From Acidobacteriota bacterium (GTDB lineage Bacteria > Acidobacteriota > UBA6911), in NCBI GenBank assembly GCA_963664705.1, contig OY761556.1, positions 5,728,001 through 5,792,000 of the forward strand: a stretch of DNA of 64,000 bases, read 5' to 3'. The first letter of the stretch is position 1. Each line of letters begins with the position of its first letter. Positions 18,387 through 27,415 of this stretch are shown one piece after another. Both the position numbers and the translations under genes were made by a program. Below the pieces are notes generated by a model that was not told the DNA's origin, did no database searches, and saw nothing but the letters and a program-made list of their open reading frames with translations.

Positions 18387-18701
18387 TTAGATGATCGTTT
18401 CCGGGGATGCTTGCAGGGTCCCATAAAGATCCTCAAAGTCCCCCCTCCGCATGATGACCAGATCCTCAGTACGTCTGTCTCCGGTGAGGTGAATGGATAA
18501 TATCGGGATCTTCCCCGGTGCAGCGTTCCGTTGAGCTTGGGCAAACCAGTTCTTTAGGGTCTTGGGGTAGTTGGCTTCAGACCTTTGCTTGCACTCGATA
18601 GAAAATATCGGATGCCTGCAATCCTCTGCTTCAAAGTGATTCCGCTTAGCCCCGATGGATGCCCATGAGAGTTCGTTCTTTTTCCATGTGGAGGTTGGCA
18701 C
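18387..18701 (-). CDS. PD-(D/E)XK nuclease, Holliday-junction-resolvase-like
   Basis: WKKNE...D...FSIECKQR...AQAQRNA...IPIL pattern typical of phage-encoded resolvase-like proteins. Confidence 0.65.
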   Translation of the reverse strand: MPTSTWKKNELSWASIGAKRNHFEAEDCRHPIFSIECKQRSEANYPKTLKNWFAQAQRNAAPGKIPILSIHLTGDRRTEDLVIMRRGDFEDLYGTLQASPETII

Positions 18702-19216
18702 TAGGCATTCTCCCCCGTGGCTTCCTCGGGTAGCTGCGTACCCATCCCAGCCCTACCCTCCTCCTCCGCGTCAGGGATCATCTCAAAGCACCCTGCTTTC
18801 ATAGCTTCCCGATAGAGGCTGGAGGGCATGTTGGCTATCAGGATATTCAAGGAATCCCCCTTGGGGCTATCCCCGCTAAACTCCCCGATTCCCTTTAGCA
18901 CCTGCACCCCCAGATTTCCCCGCTTGTAATTGTCGGTAGGGTCATCTAACCCCGCAGTAACCGCTACCACGGCTTTTCCCTTCAGTCTGTCCTTATACCC
19001 TGCTGTTCCCTGTGTTATCTCAGCCTGAGGGCATTCCTCCTTAAAGTCCCGTACAACACGGGCAATAGTTGCCCTGTGGACGTTATATTTTGCTGCAATT
19101 GCCTCTTGCGTCATCCCCCCACAGTAATCGGCTATAACGGCTTTCTTATCTGCTATTTGGAGTCTTTTGTACCCCTTCCGTCCATCCTTGGTTAGTTGCG
19201 TAGGGTAATCGGTCAT
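18701..19216 (-). CDS. HTH protein, candidate terminase small subunit
   Basis: HTH TQEAIAAKYNVHRATIARV followed by a helical region; lies downstream of ori as in satellites; start reset to MTDYP because the upstream extension is the iteron region. Confidence 0.5.
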   Translation of the reverse strand: MTDYPTQLTKDGRKGYKRLQIADKKAVIADYCGGMTQEAIAAKYNVHRATIARVVRDFKEECPQAEITQGTAGYKDRLKGKAVVAVTAGLDDPTDNYKRGNLGVQVLKGIGEFSGDSPKGDSLNILIANMPSSLYREAMKAGCFEMIPDAEEEGRAGMGTQLPEEATGENA

Positions 19217-19274
19217 ATTTGCTACTGTTCCTGTCTCCCCGCTGTAGGGGGTTGTATTGGTTTTAGGTGTATTT

Positions 19275-19445
19275 AGTAGACTAAGTAGTATCTTCTTTAT
19301 TATCAATAACTTAATAATAGACTTAAAGAAGAGAAAGAATAGACTACCAATAGACCGAATAGACCGGATTAGTGGTCTACTCAAGGTCTATTCAGCGGTC
19401 TATTGCTAAATCATTGAAAATAAATGGTATACTATTTAGTCTATT
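19275..19445. repeat. Iteron cluster, putative replication origin
   Basis: Five A(A/G)TAGAC copies followed by four inverted GTCTA(T/C)T copies in AT-rich DNA immediately downstream of the helicase gene. Confidence 0.75.
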
Positions 19446-19452
19446 GAAAAGA

Positions 19453-20607
19453 CTACTTAGGCCAGTCGTAGAATTTATCAGGGTGTTGGATTAGGAGTTT
19501 TGCTCCCTTAGCCTTCTGTAGGGCAGCAGTTATTGTAGCCTTTTGAAACATTTTTTTGCCGTTGCTTTTCTTTAATTCATCAACCTGACCGAAGCGGAAT
19601 CCAGCAGGGAAATACATTTTTACATAATCATAAACAGCCCTTTGCTGACTGCACCCTCCGTACAGATTATCGGCAATAAGATCTCCATCATCATGAACCT
19701 CAAAATTAAGACTCTCATCATCGTGCCTTAAAATTAATGGGGACACACCATTGCGACAAATCCCATTAACAACATAGAAGTGTTTGTCTATATCCTCTTG
19801 ACCCACCTTGGAGCGTTCCTCAGCAATCGCCATACGCTGTGGGATGAAATCCAATAATCTTCCATTTCCACGGATATGGTTTATGTAACTCTGAGGTTCG
19901 TGCAGCAAACTAGGCATATCATCCCAATTCATCTTTGTAACATGATGAAGCAGCAGGATAGATTTTATGCTAGTGTTTTTTTTGCAACACTTCTCTAATT
20001 CATTGACAAAGAATTTTATCTGCTCCTCATCTGTTTCCTTTTTTGTAAACACCCGTCCAAGGCAGTCCAAAATAACAACCTCTGGCTTGTATTTATCAAT
20101 GTAGTTGTTCAGGGTGGTAAATCCTTTATCATCACTTAGACTGAGGAACTTTAAGTCTCCATTGTCGGTGGCAGTGTATATGAAATTATCGTTCACTAAT
20201 TGTTGTTCTGAATTAGACAATTGGCTTCCAGTAAGCTGTTTTCCTAGCCTTGATTTGATTACAGCTATACCATTTTCACAATCAACAAATAGCACCTTGT
20301 ATGGCCTCTTGACTTTACGTCCTAAGATGTCCTTACCCGCTGCAATGTGAATTGCAAGCTGTATTGCCAAGAGGGTTTTTCCTATCCCTGGCCTTCCAGC
20401 TAGAATAGCGTTCTGACCTTCTGACAGGAGCCTATCCACAATAAATTCTGGATCGGGGATCTCCAAAGCCATTAGCTCAGAGAGGGTATAGGTTCCATTT
20501 TCAGGGTGTTGGGTTTTTTCTTTAGGTGTTGTTGCTACTGACTCAACCAACCTGAGACTTGATGCAGGGTAGGTACTAGCGGATTCGGTTGTAGCGGATG
20601 TTTCCAT
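19453..20607 (-). CDS. AAA_25/RepA-type (RecA-like) helicase
   Basis: Walker A AGRPGIGKT, VLFVDCE, Walker B VVILD, LLHH. Confidence 0.85.
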   Translation of the reverse strand: METSATTESASTYPASSLRLVESVATTPKEKTQHPENGTYTLSELMALEIPDPEFIVDRLLSEGQNAILAGRPGIGKTLLAIQLAIHIAAGKDILGRKVKRPYKVLFVDCENGIAVIKSRLGKQLTGSQLSNSEQQLVNDNFIYTATDNGDLKFLSLSDDKGFTTLNNYIDKYKPEVVILDCLGRVFTKKETDEEQIKFFVNELEKCCKKNTSIKSILLLHHVTKMNWDDMPSLLHEPQSYINHIRGNGRLLDFIPQRMAIAEERSKVGQEDIDKHFYVVNGICRNGVSPLILRHDDESLNFEVHDDGDLIADNLYGGCSQQRAVYDYVKMYFPAGFRFGQVDELKKSNGKKMFQKATITAALQKAKGAKLLIQHPDKFYDWPK

Positions 20608-20860
20608 TCAGTGTATTCTCCATATTCTCGTTAAGGGTTAAGCTGACAACTCTCCGCAAATGACGAAGGCTGTCAAACAGTGAAGAGGCGGAGCAACTCG
20701 CCCCGGATTCAAACTCAGTTAAAAGCTGTGGCCCTTGCCCCATTGGATCGGCAAAGACAAACACAACCCGGTTTCCTGTCCTCTCGCCACGGATGAAGTT
20801 CAACCTCCCCGTAGCCCGGAGGAAGCAGGAAAAATGTAGGTTTTCAGTCCTGTATTCCAC
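20576..20860 (-). CDS. Small DUF5659-like phage/satellite protein
   Basis: YRTENLHFSCFL...RVVFVF pattern; GGAG RBS; overlaps the helicase start. Confidence 0.6.
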   Translation of the reverse strand: MEYRTENLHFSCFLRATGRLNFIRGERTGNRVVFVFADPMGQGPQLLTEFESGASCSASSLFDSLRHLRRVVSLTLNENMENTLNGNIRYNRIR

Positions 20861-21187
20861 GTTCTACTCCTGTTAGTGGTTATGTTTGGATGGCTTAGCC
20901 AGACCATAGACCTTGCTAGGTTGACTAAGCGGATGTTTCCTTAGGGGATGGCTATGCGTCTAACCATTGGCCCCAAAAGGTTTACGGCAATTGTAAAGTT
21001 GTAGCTCTAACCAGGCTTTAACTATTGTTGTCTAATATGCGGTTTTTCTAAGAGGCTTGTCTTCAGAGGTTTATCTGTCATTCTCTTCTAAGTAGTCTGC
21101 AATTCTAACTATACTATCTTGATTGATTCGATTATCTATACGGGGTGGGGAGTGTTTGTCCTTGTCCACTCCACAAGGGGCAATCAT

Positions 21188-21233
21188 ACACTATATGTGG
21201 CATTAATGCAATGCAAATTACTACATGTTGTGG
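21188..21233. promoter_or_regulatory. Tandem NrdR-box-like operators
   Basis: ACACTATATGTGGCAT (21188-21203) and TTACTACATGTTGTGG (21218-21233), 30 bp apart, upstream of the replication operon. Confidence 0.5.
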
Positions 21234-21560
21234 TGTACATATGGTGAATATATTGCATTGTTGTCTCCAATCCGCAGCATAAGTCGTTTAACCATATTGT
21301 TTAACACAAATAGGGCTAAAACAAATCCCTGGATTTGCCTCGGAACGGAGAGGCTCCCAACGGGCCAGCATTATTTGTGATGATCCACCCCAGCAGGCAC
21401 GGCAGAGGGCCAAGAAGCACCCAAGGAGGGAGGCAGAGCATAAGCCCTGCCAGTCTCCATAATATTCTCGCATCCGGTAGACGTTCCCCCGCATTTTACG
21501 TTCTTGATGGTAGGGTGTGATGATTGCCATAGCATGGGGGTGGTGGTAGGCTCGGGGAAA

Positions 21561-21980
21561 ATGAAAATCGATGCTTTCTGTAAACCTAAAATCGTTGCCA
21601 GTCTCTTATCAGGCATGATCTATTTTGCGCTGATATGGATTCTAGCCATGACTACGATCTATCCCACGGGTTGGCATTTTAGAGCCATGTACGGGACAGG
21701 GATACTTTTCACTCTTTGTGCTAGTTCAGTTTCTAGGCTCTGGATTCGTAATCTCATAGTTTTATGCTTTGCTGGGGCTAGCGGCATTTTCATCGGAAAG
21801 GCATGGATTACCTACCGATGGTCAGATGTAGACCTCACATTTAAAGGAACAATTTGGATTGCATTAACCGATCTGGACGAATTAGATGCCGGGTTGTTTC
21901 TGGCTATGGTGATTGCTTGGCTTGTTACAAATCAGATCATCAAGTGGAAAAAAAGTCGTAAAATCCGTCACGGAGACTAG
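21561..21980 (+). CDS. Hypothetical 4-TM membrane protein (cargo)
   Basis: Four hydrophobic segments. Confidence 0.65.
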   Translation: MKIDAFCKPKIVASLLSGMIYFALIWILAMTTIYPTGWHFRAMYGTGILFTLCASSVSRLWIRNLIVLCFAGASGIFIGKAWITYRWSDVDLTFKGTIWIALTDLDELDAGLFLAMVIAWLVTNQIIKWKKSRKIRHGD

Positions 21981-22055
21981 AACCATGCTCCCCCTACTCC
22001 TTCTCGCCTTGCTCATGCCCGTTGGGGAGGGGTAGGCACAAACCCGTATGCTCTT

Positions 22056-22724
22056 GTGCAGGACAATATCCGGTTATTGATACTCTGTTCACGATTTTCG
22101 GATGTTTGTTTAACTGGAACGGGAATCTGCAAGTTTATGGATAGAAGAATAGTAACCACAGCATGTACTTGCTATTCATCCTCAGGGCAGGAAACAGAAA
22201 AATACGCGCCAGGTTGGTGCTACAACCCAGTCAGCATAGGGCGTAATAAGATACGCGAGCTATTGTTCCTGCTTTTCTTATGTTTCCCCCTTGGGGCAGT
22301 TGCACAATCAACAAATGGGTCGCCTGATTTGAGTGGTACTTGGAAACTGAATATTGGCAAAAGCAAACACATACGATTACGATCAGCCACCAAAGAGGAA
22401 ATAATTGCTCATCCTCCAGTCTATGAGATTCAGCAGTCAGGCGATTTTTTAGAACTCACTTTACGATGGGGTGGCCAAATATCAACGGCCAAGTACAATG
22501 TGGATGGCAAAGCCTATTTAACTTCAACTCCGGAATCCCGTGCATGGATGCGGGCCTATTGGAGCAAAAGGGGTTTCACTATTGAGGAAGAGCATTTTGC
22601 AATCCCCAAAAATCCCAAATGGATTCGTAGGATTACCCTATCCGATGATAGCCAGATGCTAATTGCAAGAACATCGATTGACCTATATGGAATTGAGGAG
22701 ATGCTTGTGTTTGATAAGCAGTGA
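22056..22724 (+). CDS. Exported beta-barrel-like hypothetical protein (cargo; true start probably downstream)
   Basis: Signal-like LLFLLFLCFPLGAVAQ followed by PDLSGTWKLN (lipocalin-like motif). Confidence 0.6.
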   Translation: MQDNIRLLILCSRFSDVCLTGTGICKFMDRRIVTTACTCYSSSGQETEKYAPGWCYNPVSIGRNKIRELLFLLFLCFPLGAVAQSTNGSPDLSGTWKLNIGKSKHIRLRSATKEEIIAHPPVYEIQQSGDFLELTLRWGGQISTAKYNVDGKAYLTSTPESRAWMRAYWSKRGFTIEEEHFAIPKNPKWIRRITLSDDSQMLIARTSIDLYGIEEMLVFDKQ

Positions 22725-22845
22725 AGTTCGCTATGATGGACAGATGGGATACAAGGTCTTGCCCTTACATTGCCAATCTTTCTCTGGTGGTAGTAGGCTC
22801 ACTCCTAATGGTTTAACGATCATCGTCATCAAGAGGTTAAGCCAG

Positions 22846-23337
22846 ATGCCCTCCAAAACACTGGCCATTGTCTTGGGCTTAGCGTTGGTGCTGGGTTGGG
22901 GTGCAGTGTATGTGAACGCTCAGGGACAGGAACAAGCACTAACTGTAGGTGATTTAATCAACAATCCATCGAAATATGCTTCTAAGATAGTCGTTGTCCG
23001 GGGCGAGCTAATTCCTGATTATCATGGAAAGGCTTTATGTGATAAGAAAGTGAGACCTTGTGTCTATATTACAAATACCCCAGATAGTATCTACCCCAAG
23101 CCTAATTTTGAAGTGGAGAAGGACAGTTTGTATTGGGACTATGAGCGTTTGGTGATGGAACAACTTGGGGGAAGAAACACGGAACTTATATTGACTCTCC
23201 GAGGACGATTCGATATTCCCCCTAAAGGATCTAATAGCCTAAAAGAACTTGTGCTTCAAAAGGTCATTGCTCTTGAGGTTCGTAAGAAACCCCCAGAAAT
23301 ACTTGCAGACCCTCCGGTATTCCGATTTGATAAGTGA
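22846..23337 (+). CDS. Exported OB-fold-like hypothetical protein (cargo)
   Basis: Signal peptide ending AVYVNAQ; LTVGDLINNPSKYASKIVVVRG. Confidence 0.65.
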   Translation: MPSKTLAIVLGLALVLGWGAVYVNAQGQEQALTVGDLINNPSKYASKIVVVRGELIPDYHGKALCDKKVRPCVYITNTPDSIYPKPNFEVEKDSLYWDYERLVMEQLGGRNTELILTLRGRFDIPPKGSNSLKELVLQKVIALEVRKKPPEILADPPVFRFDK

Positions 23338-23369
23338 AACTGCGAGGGGTTGTTCAGGTTTGAGTGGGG

Positions 23370-23840
23370 CTATTGCTCGGGTTTAGATTCGCTATTGGTT
23401 TGACAACCGCAAGTCTTGTGGTTGAACTGAAGAAGAAGGGTACGGTTTCTAGGTGCTTCTGTCTCGCTCAGTAGAACAAGCAACTTGCCTTCCGGTCCAT
23501 ATTTCAAATCGTAGTCATAATAGGCTATGATGCTACTATTTGCTCCGATAAATATAACGTACCTATCGTATCTCAACAAAACCTCTATGAAGACCTTCTT
23601 GTAGGCATATAGTTTTTCAGTACAAATCACCTTACAAAGGGCATTCTTGAGTTTTTCCACAGCAACCCCTTCTGGTAAGCTAATTGCACAGAAGACTTTG
23701 TCCCCCTCTTCACTACGGTCGATTTTGAGTAAACGGTACGAAACGTCCTGCGCTGAAGTAGGCTGATCCTGTCCAATCGCGTACGGGATAATGGCAAGCA
23801 CCACCCCAAGCACAAGCAGATGCGGGAAGCATATTCGCAT
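23370..23840 (-). CDS. Exported hypothetical protein (cargo)
   Basis: Signal MRICFPHLLVLGVVLAIIPYAIG. Confidence 0.6.
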   Translation of the reverse strand: MRICFPHLLVLGVVLAIIPYAIGQDQPTSAQDVSYRLLKIDRSEEGDKVFCAISLPEGVAVEKLKNALCKVICTEKLYAYKKVFIEVLLRYDRYVIFIGANSSIIAYYDYDLKYGPEGKLLVLLSETEAPRNRTLLLQFNHKTCGCQTNSESKPEQ

Positions 23841-23853
23841 AGTTATCCGTGCT

Positions 23854-24384
23854 TCATCGGAAGAGCCACTTTTCAGGGCCATTATCGGATATGAGGACGT
23901 TACCTTCAGCTTTCTTCCGCAGAGGTTTAGCAGGAGGAACCAGGGGGTCGGTTGGATAGGTTTTGCCATTGAACCTTAGTTCCGTTTCGTATCGCGTTCC
24001 AACCCCTCCGCTACGTACCCAAACCGTCAGGTTACGCCAACCATTCGATGACGTGTTGAGGACGCGAATGGGAAGATTCACGTATGGTAGTTCTGTGATG
24101 ATTCTATAAGACGAACCCTCAGGTTGAAGAATCAGCGTTGAACAACCTCCACTCCCACACCAACCCCCTCCAGTCAGATAAACGATAGCTTCTTCGTTGC
24201 CATCTCCATTTAGGTTAATCCATGCCTCTAGGTAAGTTGTATAATCAACGACTCTTCCAGCCCGCATTTTCACATAACCCTGAAGAAACCTTTTGAGGGA
24301 ACCTGAATCCTGTGCCACTGCCACGCTAGGCAGGATAAAAAGCATCAGGGTTATAAGAAGCAGATGCGGGAAGGGTTTGGGCAT
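23854..24384 (-). CDS. Exported hypothetical protein (cargo)
   Basis: Signal MPKPFPHLLL...AVAQ; NLNGDGNEE and WCGSGGC motifs. Confidence 0.7.
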   Translation of the reverse strand: MPKPFPHLLLITLMLFILPSVAVAQDSGSLKRFLQGYVKMRAGRVVDYTTYLEAWINLNGDGNEEAIVYLTGGGWCGSGGCSTLILQPEGSSYRIITELPYVNLPIRVLNTSSNGWRNLTVWVRSGGVGTRYETELRFNGKTYPTDPLVPPAKPLRKKAEGNVLISDNGPEKWLFR

Positions 24385-24398
24385 GATGCATTTCAAAC

Positions 24399-24839
24399 TC
24401 ATAGGCATCCCGATAGTTCCTTGTTCAGGGTTATCTCTTTCAGCAAGTCTTGGCCGCCTTCTTTGCTCATGGGTTGGCGTGGATAGGGTGCTGAAAAATG
24501 AAAAACCAAATACACAGTGTACTCGCTACAGTACCAAGGAGATTTTTCCTTCCCAAGTTCGATCAAAATGGCTGTTGATTGCTCGTCCATGCAACAATAG
24601 TTCTTTGTAAATCTGATACCCTTTGAATCAAGGTAATCTTCAACTTTATTGCGGGTCATCGGTGGTTTGAGGATCTTGGAGTAGTACTGAAGCTGTGATT
24701 CATAGGCTGCTTGATGTCCCTTGGGTATCGGTTCCACACCTTTTCTGGACGGTGAATAAAGCCAATAAAGGCTACTCAAGCCAATAACCACTAGCATTAA
24801 AAGCATGGATGCTATTGTGATTCTCTTCCGGTTGGTCAT
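24399..24839 (-). CDS. Membrane-anchored hypothetical protein (cargo)
   Basis: N-terminal TM helix; Cys-containing periplasmic domain. Confidence 0.65.
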   Translation of the reverse strand: MTNRKRITIASMLLMLVVIGLSSLYWLYSPSRKGVEPIPKGHQAAYESQLQYYSKILKPPMTRNKVEDYLDSKGIRFTKNYCCMDEQSTAILIELGKEKSPWYCSEYTVYLVFHFSAPYPRQPMSKEGGQDLLKEITLNKELSGCL

Positions 24840-24919
24840 TAGGGCTATCTTACCCCACTCCCATGCAGGGGCGTTTTGAAATCTTAGGTTGATTTAACTT
24901 ACTGCCTTATACTCAGATT

Positions 24920-25189
24920 ATGAAACCCTCCGACCTGATTCCACTAATCCTGTTTAGTGCCTTCTTCTATGTCTCAGGAGCGTTGCTCCTTTTTAGAACA
25001 AAATATTTTGTCGAAAAGGCAAGGCGTAGATACGAAAAAAGTGGGGTATTACTCAAGATAGCCCCGCAATCAAGAATTGTGCTGAAACCTTGGTATCCTC
25101 TCTTTCTTCGCTGTGCTGGTGTTTTCATTTGGCTATGGGCATTGATGGTTGATTGCTTTGTACTCTTCTACCATGCCTCCGGCACATAA
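24920..25189 (+). CDS. Small 2-TM membrane protein (cargo)
   Basis: 89 aa with two hydrophobic helices; TATACT box just upstream of the ATG. Confidence 0.6.
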   Translation: MKPSDLIPLILFSAFFYVSGALLLFRTKYFVEKARRRYEKSGVLLKIAPQSRIVLKPWYPLFLRCAGVFIWLWALMVDCFVLFYHASGT

Positions 25190-25487
25190 GGTGAGCCATG
25201 GCAGGAGTTTTAAAAAATTATTTCCTATCCACCCTACAGCCTTGCACTGACTTCAGCATGGGGGGGGGTGGTTCCACCGGGGGCTAGGAAAAGGATGCTT
25301 ACGGCAAAGCAAACAGAAAAGGCAATTAACCTTAGACCTGAGCCTTGCAGGATGGCTCACGGTACTGCCCGATTATGGTGGCAGTTTTGGTGGCAGTAAG
25401 CGTGAGGATTGAGTGATCCTCTGGGAAGGGGCTTCATTACAGGCTGATTTAATGCGAATACAAACCTGAAGCAGTCCAAAACGCACT

Positions 25488-25532
25488 CTGGCAGTCAGGA
25501 GGTCACGAGTTCGATCTTCGTCAGCTCCACCA
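25488..25532 (+). repeat. att site 3: 3' half of tRNA-Ala(GGC), one mismatch
   Basis: CTGGCAGTCAGGAGGTCACGAGTTCGATCtTCGTCAGCTCCACCA; followed by an IHF-consensus AATCAATAACTTA at 25537-25549. Confidence 0.9.
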
Positions 25533-26261
25533 ATAAAATCAATAACTTACGACGAATCCACAAATCCCCAAAGGTAACAAAAAGGTAGCAGCGTATGTCC
25601 AGCTAAGGCTGGGGTATTCAGTGGGAGTCTACCCCACCAGAGCAAAAGTCAGAGCTCTGTAGCTTGGATAGCCGGGCGGGAAGGAAACTGAACCCTGGAA
25701 GTCTATCGACAAAGCCATCCTTGGGATGGTGAGCGAGTCATTGGGCCGTAACGAAAGTGAACGCACAGGTGCCCCCGATACTTTATACCTCAGAGGCCGA
25801 GCTCCCGTTGTTAGGGCGAAGGCAGCATGGAACGCCGCCAACTGACCGATGCGGCGGGACACTCTGGCGGGGCGGTAGCGGCAGCACGATGACAAGGATG
25901 CACCGAGCAACTGGAGAAGCCCTCCTCATCCCGTCGCGAAATCGACGGAGCGAGAACCCGTATAACCGGCTAAACCGGGAAGTCGGGGGAAGGATGAGAG
26001 GGTGACGGAAGGGTCCGCAGTAGCGAAGAAGCGGAGTAATGTCCGTGGAGCGAAGGGGCCCTGCTGTTTGTACTGGCACCAACAATATGGGAGGCAAGGG
26101 TGAGATGACAAAGGCACCCAGCAGTTTGCAGGACCTGAGGCGGAGCCTATACGTGAAGGCGAAGGCGGAACCAACCTGGCGTTTCTGGGGACTTAACCAT
26201 GACCCGATTCCGTTGACACACTGAAAAGGGTGGAACATTCTAGTCCACCAGAGGGTGTGTC

Positions 26262-26555
26262 ATGGAAAAACAGCGAAGGAAGTACACGAAGGAATTCAAA
26301 ATCGAAGCAGTTCGTATGCTCACCGAGTCAAATATCACCATTGCACAGGCCAGCAGAGATTTGGGAATAAACGCAAACATGCTGACACGTTGGAAAAAGG
26401 AATTCGCAAACACCTCTCAAGCATTTCCGGGATCTGGGCATTTGAAACCAGAGGAGGAAGAACTCCGTCGCCTACGGCGCGAGAATGCCTTACTGCGTCA
26501 GGAGCGCGATATATTAAAAAAAGCGACGGCGTTCTTTGCCAAAGAATCCAAATGA
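26262..26555 (+). CDS. IS3 transposase OrfA
   Basis: [16 protein letters not shown] and leucine zipper; A7G -1 frameshift motif at about 26516-26523. Confidence 0.9.
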   Translation: MEKQRRKYTKEFKIEAVRMLTESNITIAQASRDLGINANMLTRWKKEFANTSQAFPGSGHLKPEEEELRRLRRENALLRQERDILKKATAFFAKESK

Positions 26556-27415
26556 GGTATGGCTTCATTCAAGCGCATCGGCATGAATTTACGATATCGC
26601 TGATGTGTCGAGTGCTTGAAGTATCCAGAGCCGGATTCTACCTTTGGCTCAAGCGGCCCGAGAGCCCGAGGAATGCAGAGAACAGCCGATTATTACTAGC
26701 AATTCGGGCAATTCATCGGGCAAGCCGGGGCGCGTACGGAAGTCCCAGAATTCATGCGCAATTGCGGGCAGTGTCCAAATTACACAGCAGGAATCGTATT
26801 GCCAGGCTAATGCGCGAGAATAGGATCCAAGGCAAACAGAAACGGAAATTTAGAGTTACGACAGATTCAAAACATAATTTCCCGATATCTCCAAATGTGT
26901 TGAACCGGGAATTTGCGGTGAAAATGCCAAACAAAGCTTGGGTGGCGGATATCACATACATCCCAACAAAAGAAGGCTGGTTGTATCTGGCCGCGGTGAT
27001 GGATCTGTACTCAAGAAGGATCGTTGGCTGGGCCATGGGTAGCCGGATTTGTCGACATCTGGTTGAAAGAGCTCTGTGCATGGCTTTTTTCAAACGTAAC
27101 CCATCACCAGGTCTGCTCCATCATTCAGATCGAGGCAGCCAATACGCCAGCGGGGATTACCAGAAGTTATTGAAATCTAGCGGAGTTCTTTGCAGCATGA
27201 GCCGCAAAGGCAATTGCTGGGATAATGCTGTTATGGAAAGTTTCTTTGCCACGCTGAAAACAGAACTTATTTATCATCGAAATTACGAAACGAGAAAGGA
27301 GGCGCAATCAGATATTTTTGAGTATATCGAAGTGTTTTATAATCGACAGCGGCTTCACTCGGCTCTGGGCTATCGGAGCCCTGAAGCCTATGAGGAATCT
27401 GCCAAAGCCGCTTAA
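26552..27415 (+). CDS. IS3 transposase OrfB (DDE)
   Basis: [26 protein letters not shown]. Confidence 0.92.
   Translation: MRYGFIQAHRHEFTISLMCRVLEVSRAGFYLWLKRPESPRNAENSRLLLAIRAIHRASRGAYGSPRIHAQLRAVSKLHSRNRIARLMRENRIQGKQKRKFRVTTDSKHNFPISPNVLNREFAVKMPNKAWVADITYIPTKEGWLYLAAVMDLYSRRIVGWAMGSRICRHLVERALCMAFFKRNPSPGLLHHSDRGSQYASGDYQKLLKSSGVLCSMSRKGNCWDNAVMESFFATLKTELIYHRNYETRKEAQSDIFEYIEVFYNRQRLHSALGYRSPEAYEESAKAA

Larger units (their letters stand above)
15917..25532. mobile_element. Integrative element C (9.6 kb), phage-satellite/PICI-like
   Basis: Between tRNA-Ala repeats; intact integrase, XRE regulator, AAA helicase with iterons, TerS-like and resolvase-like genes; no capsid genes; paired TGGTGGCA repeats at both ends (15964-15984, 25376-25395). 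Confidence 0.82.

Noticed and set aside
19217-19384. N-terminal extension of the 227-aa ORF
   Set aside because: It is a low-complexity translation of the iteron/AT-rich origin
21504-25189. Integron cassette array
   Set aside because: The genes are in mixed orientation, no RYYYAAC...GTTRRRY attC palindromes were found, and I saw no IntI-like features in the integrase
10432-25532. Three tRNA-like sequences as functional tRNA genes
   Set aside because: All three lack the 5' acceptor strand and D-arm; they are att duplications
10438-25532. Repeats as a CRISPR array
   Set aside because: The spacing is kilobases, the sequence is tRNA-derived and there are no cas genes
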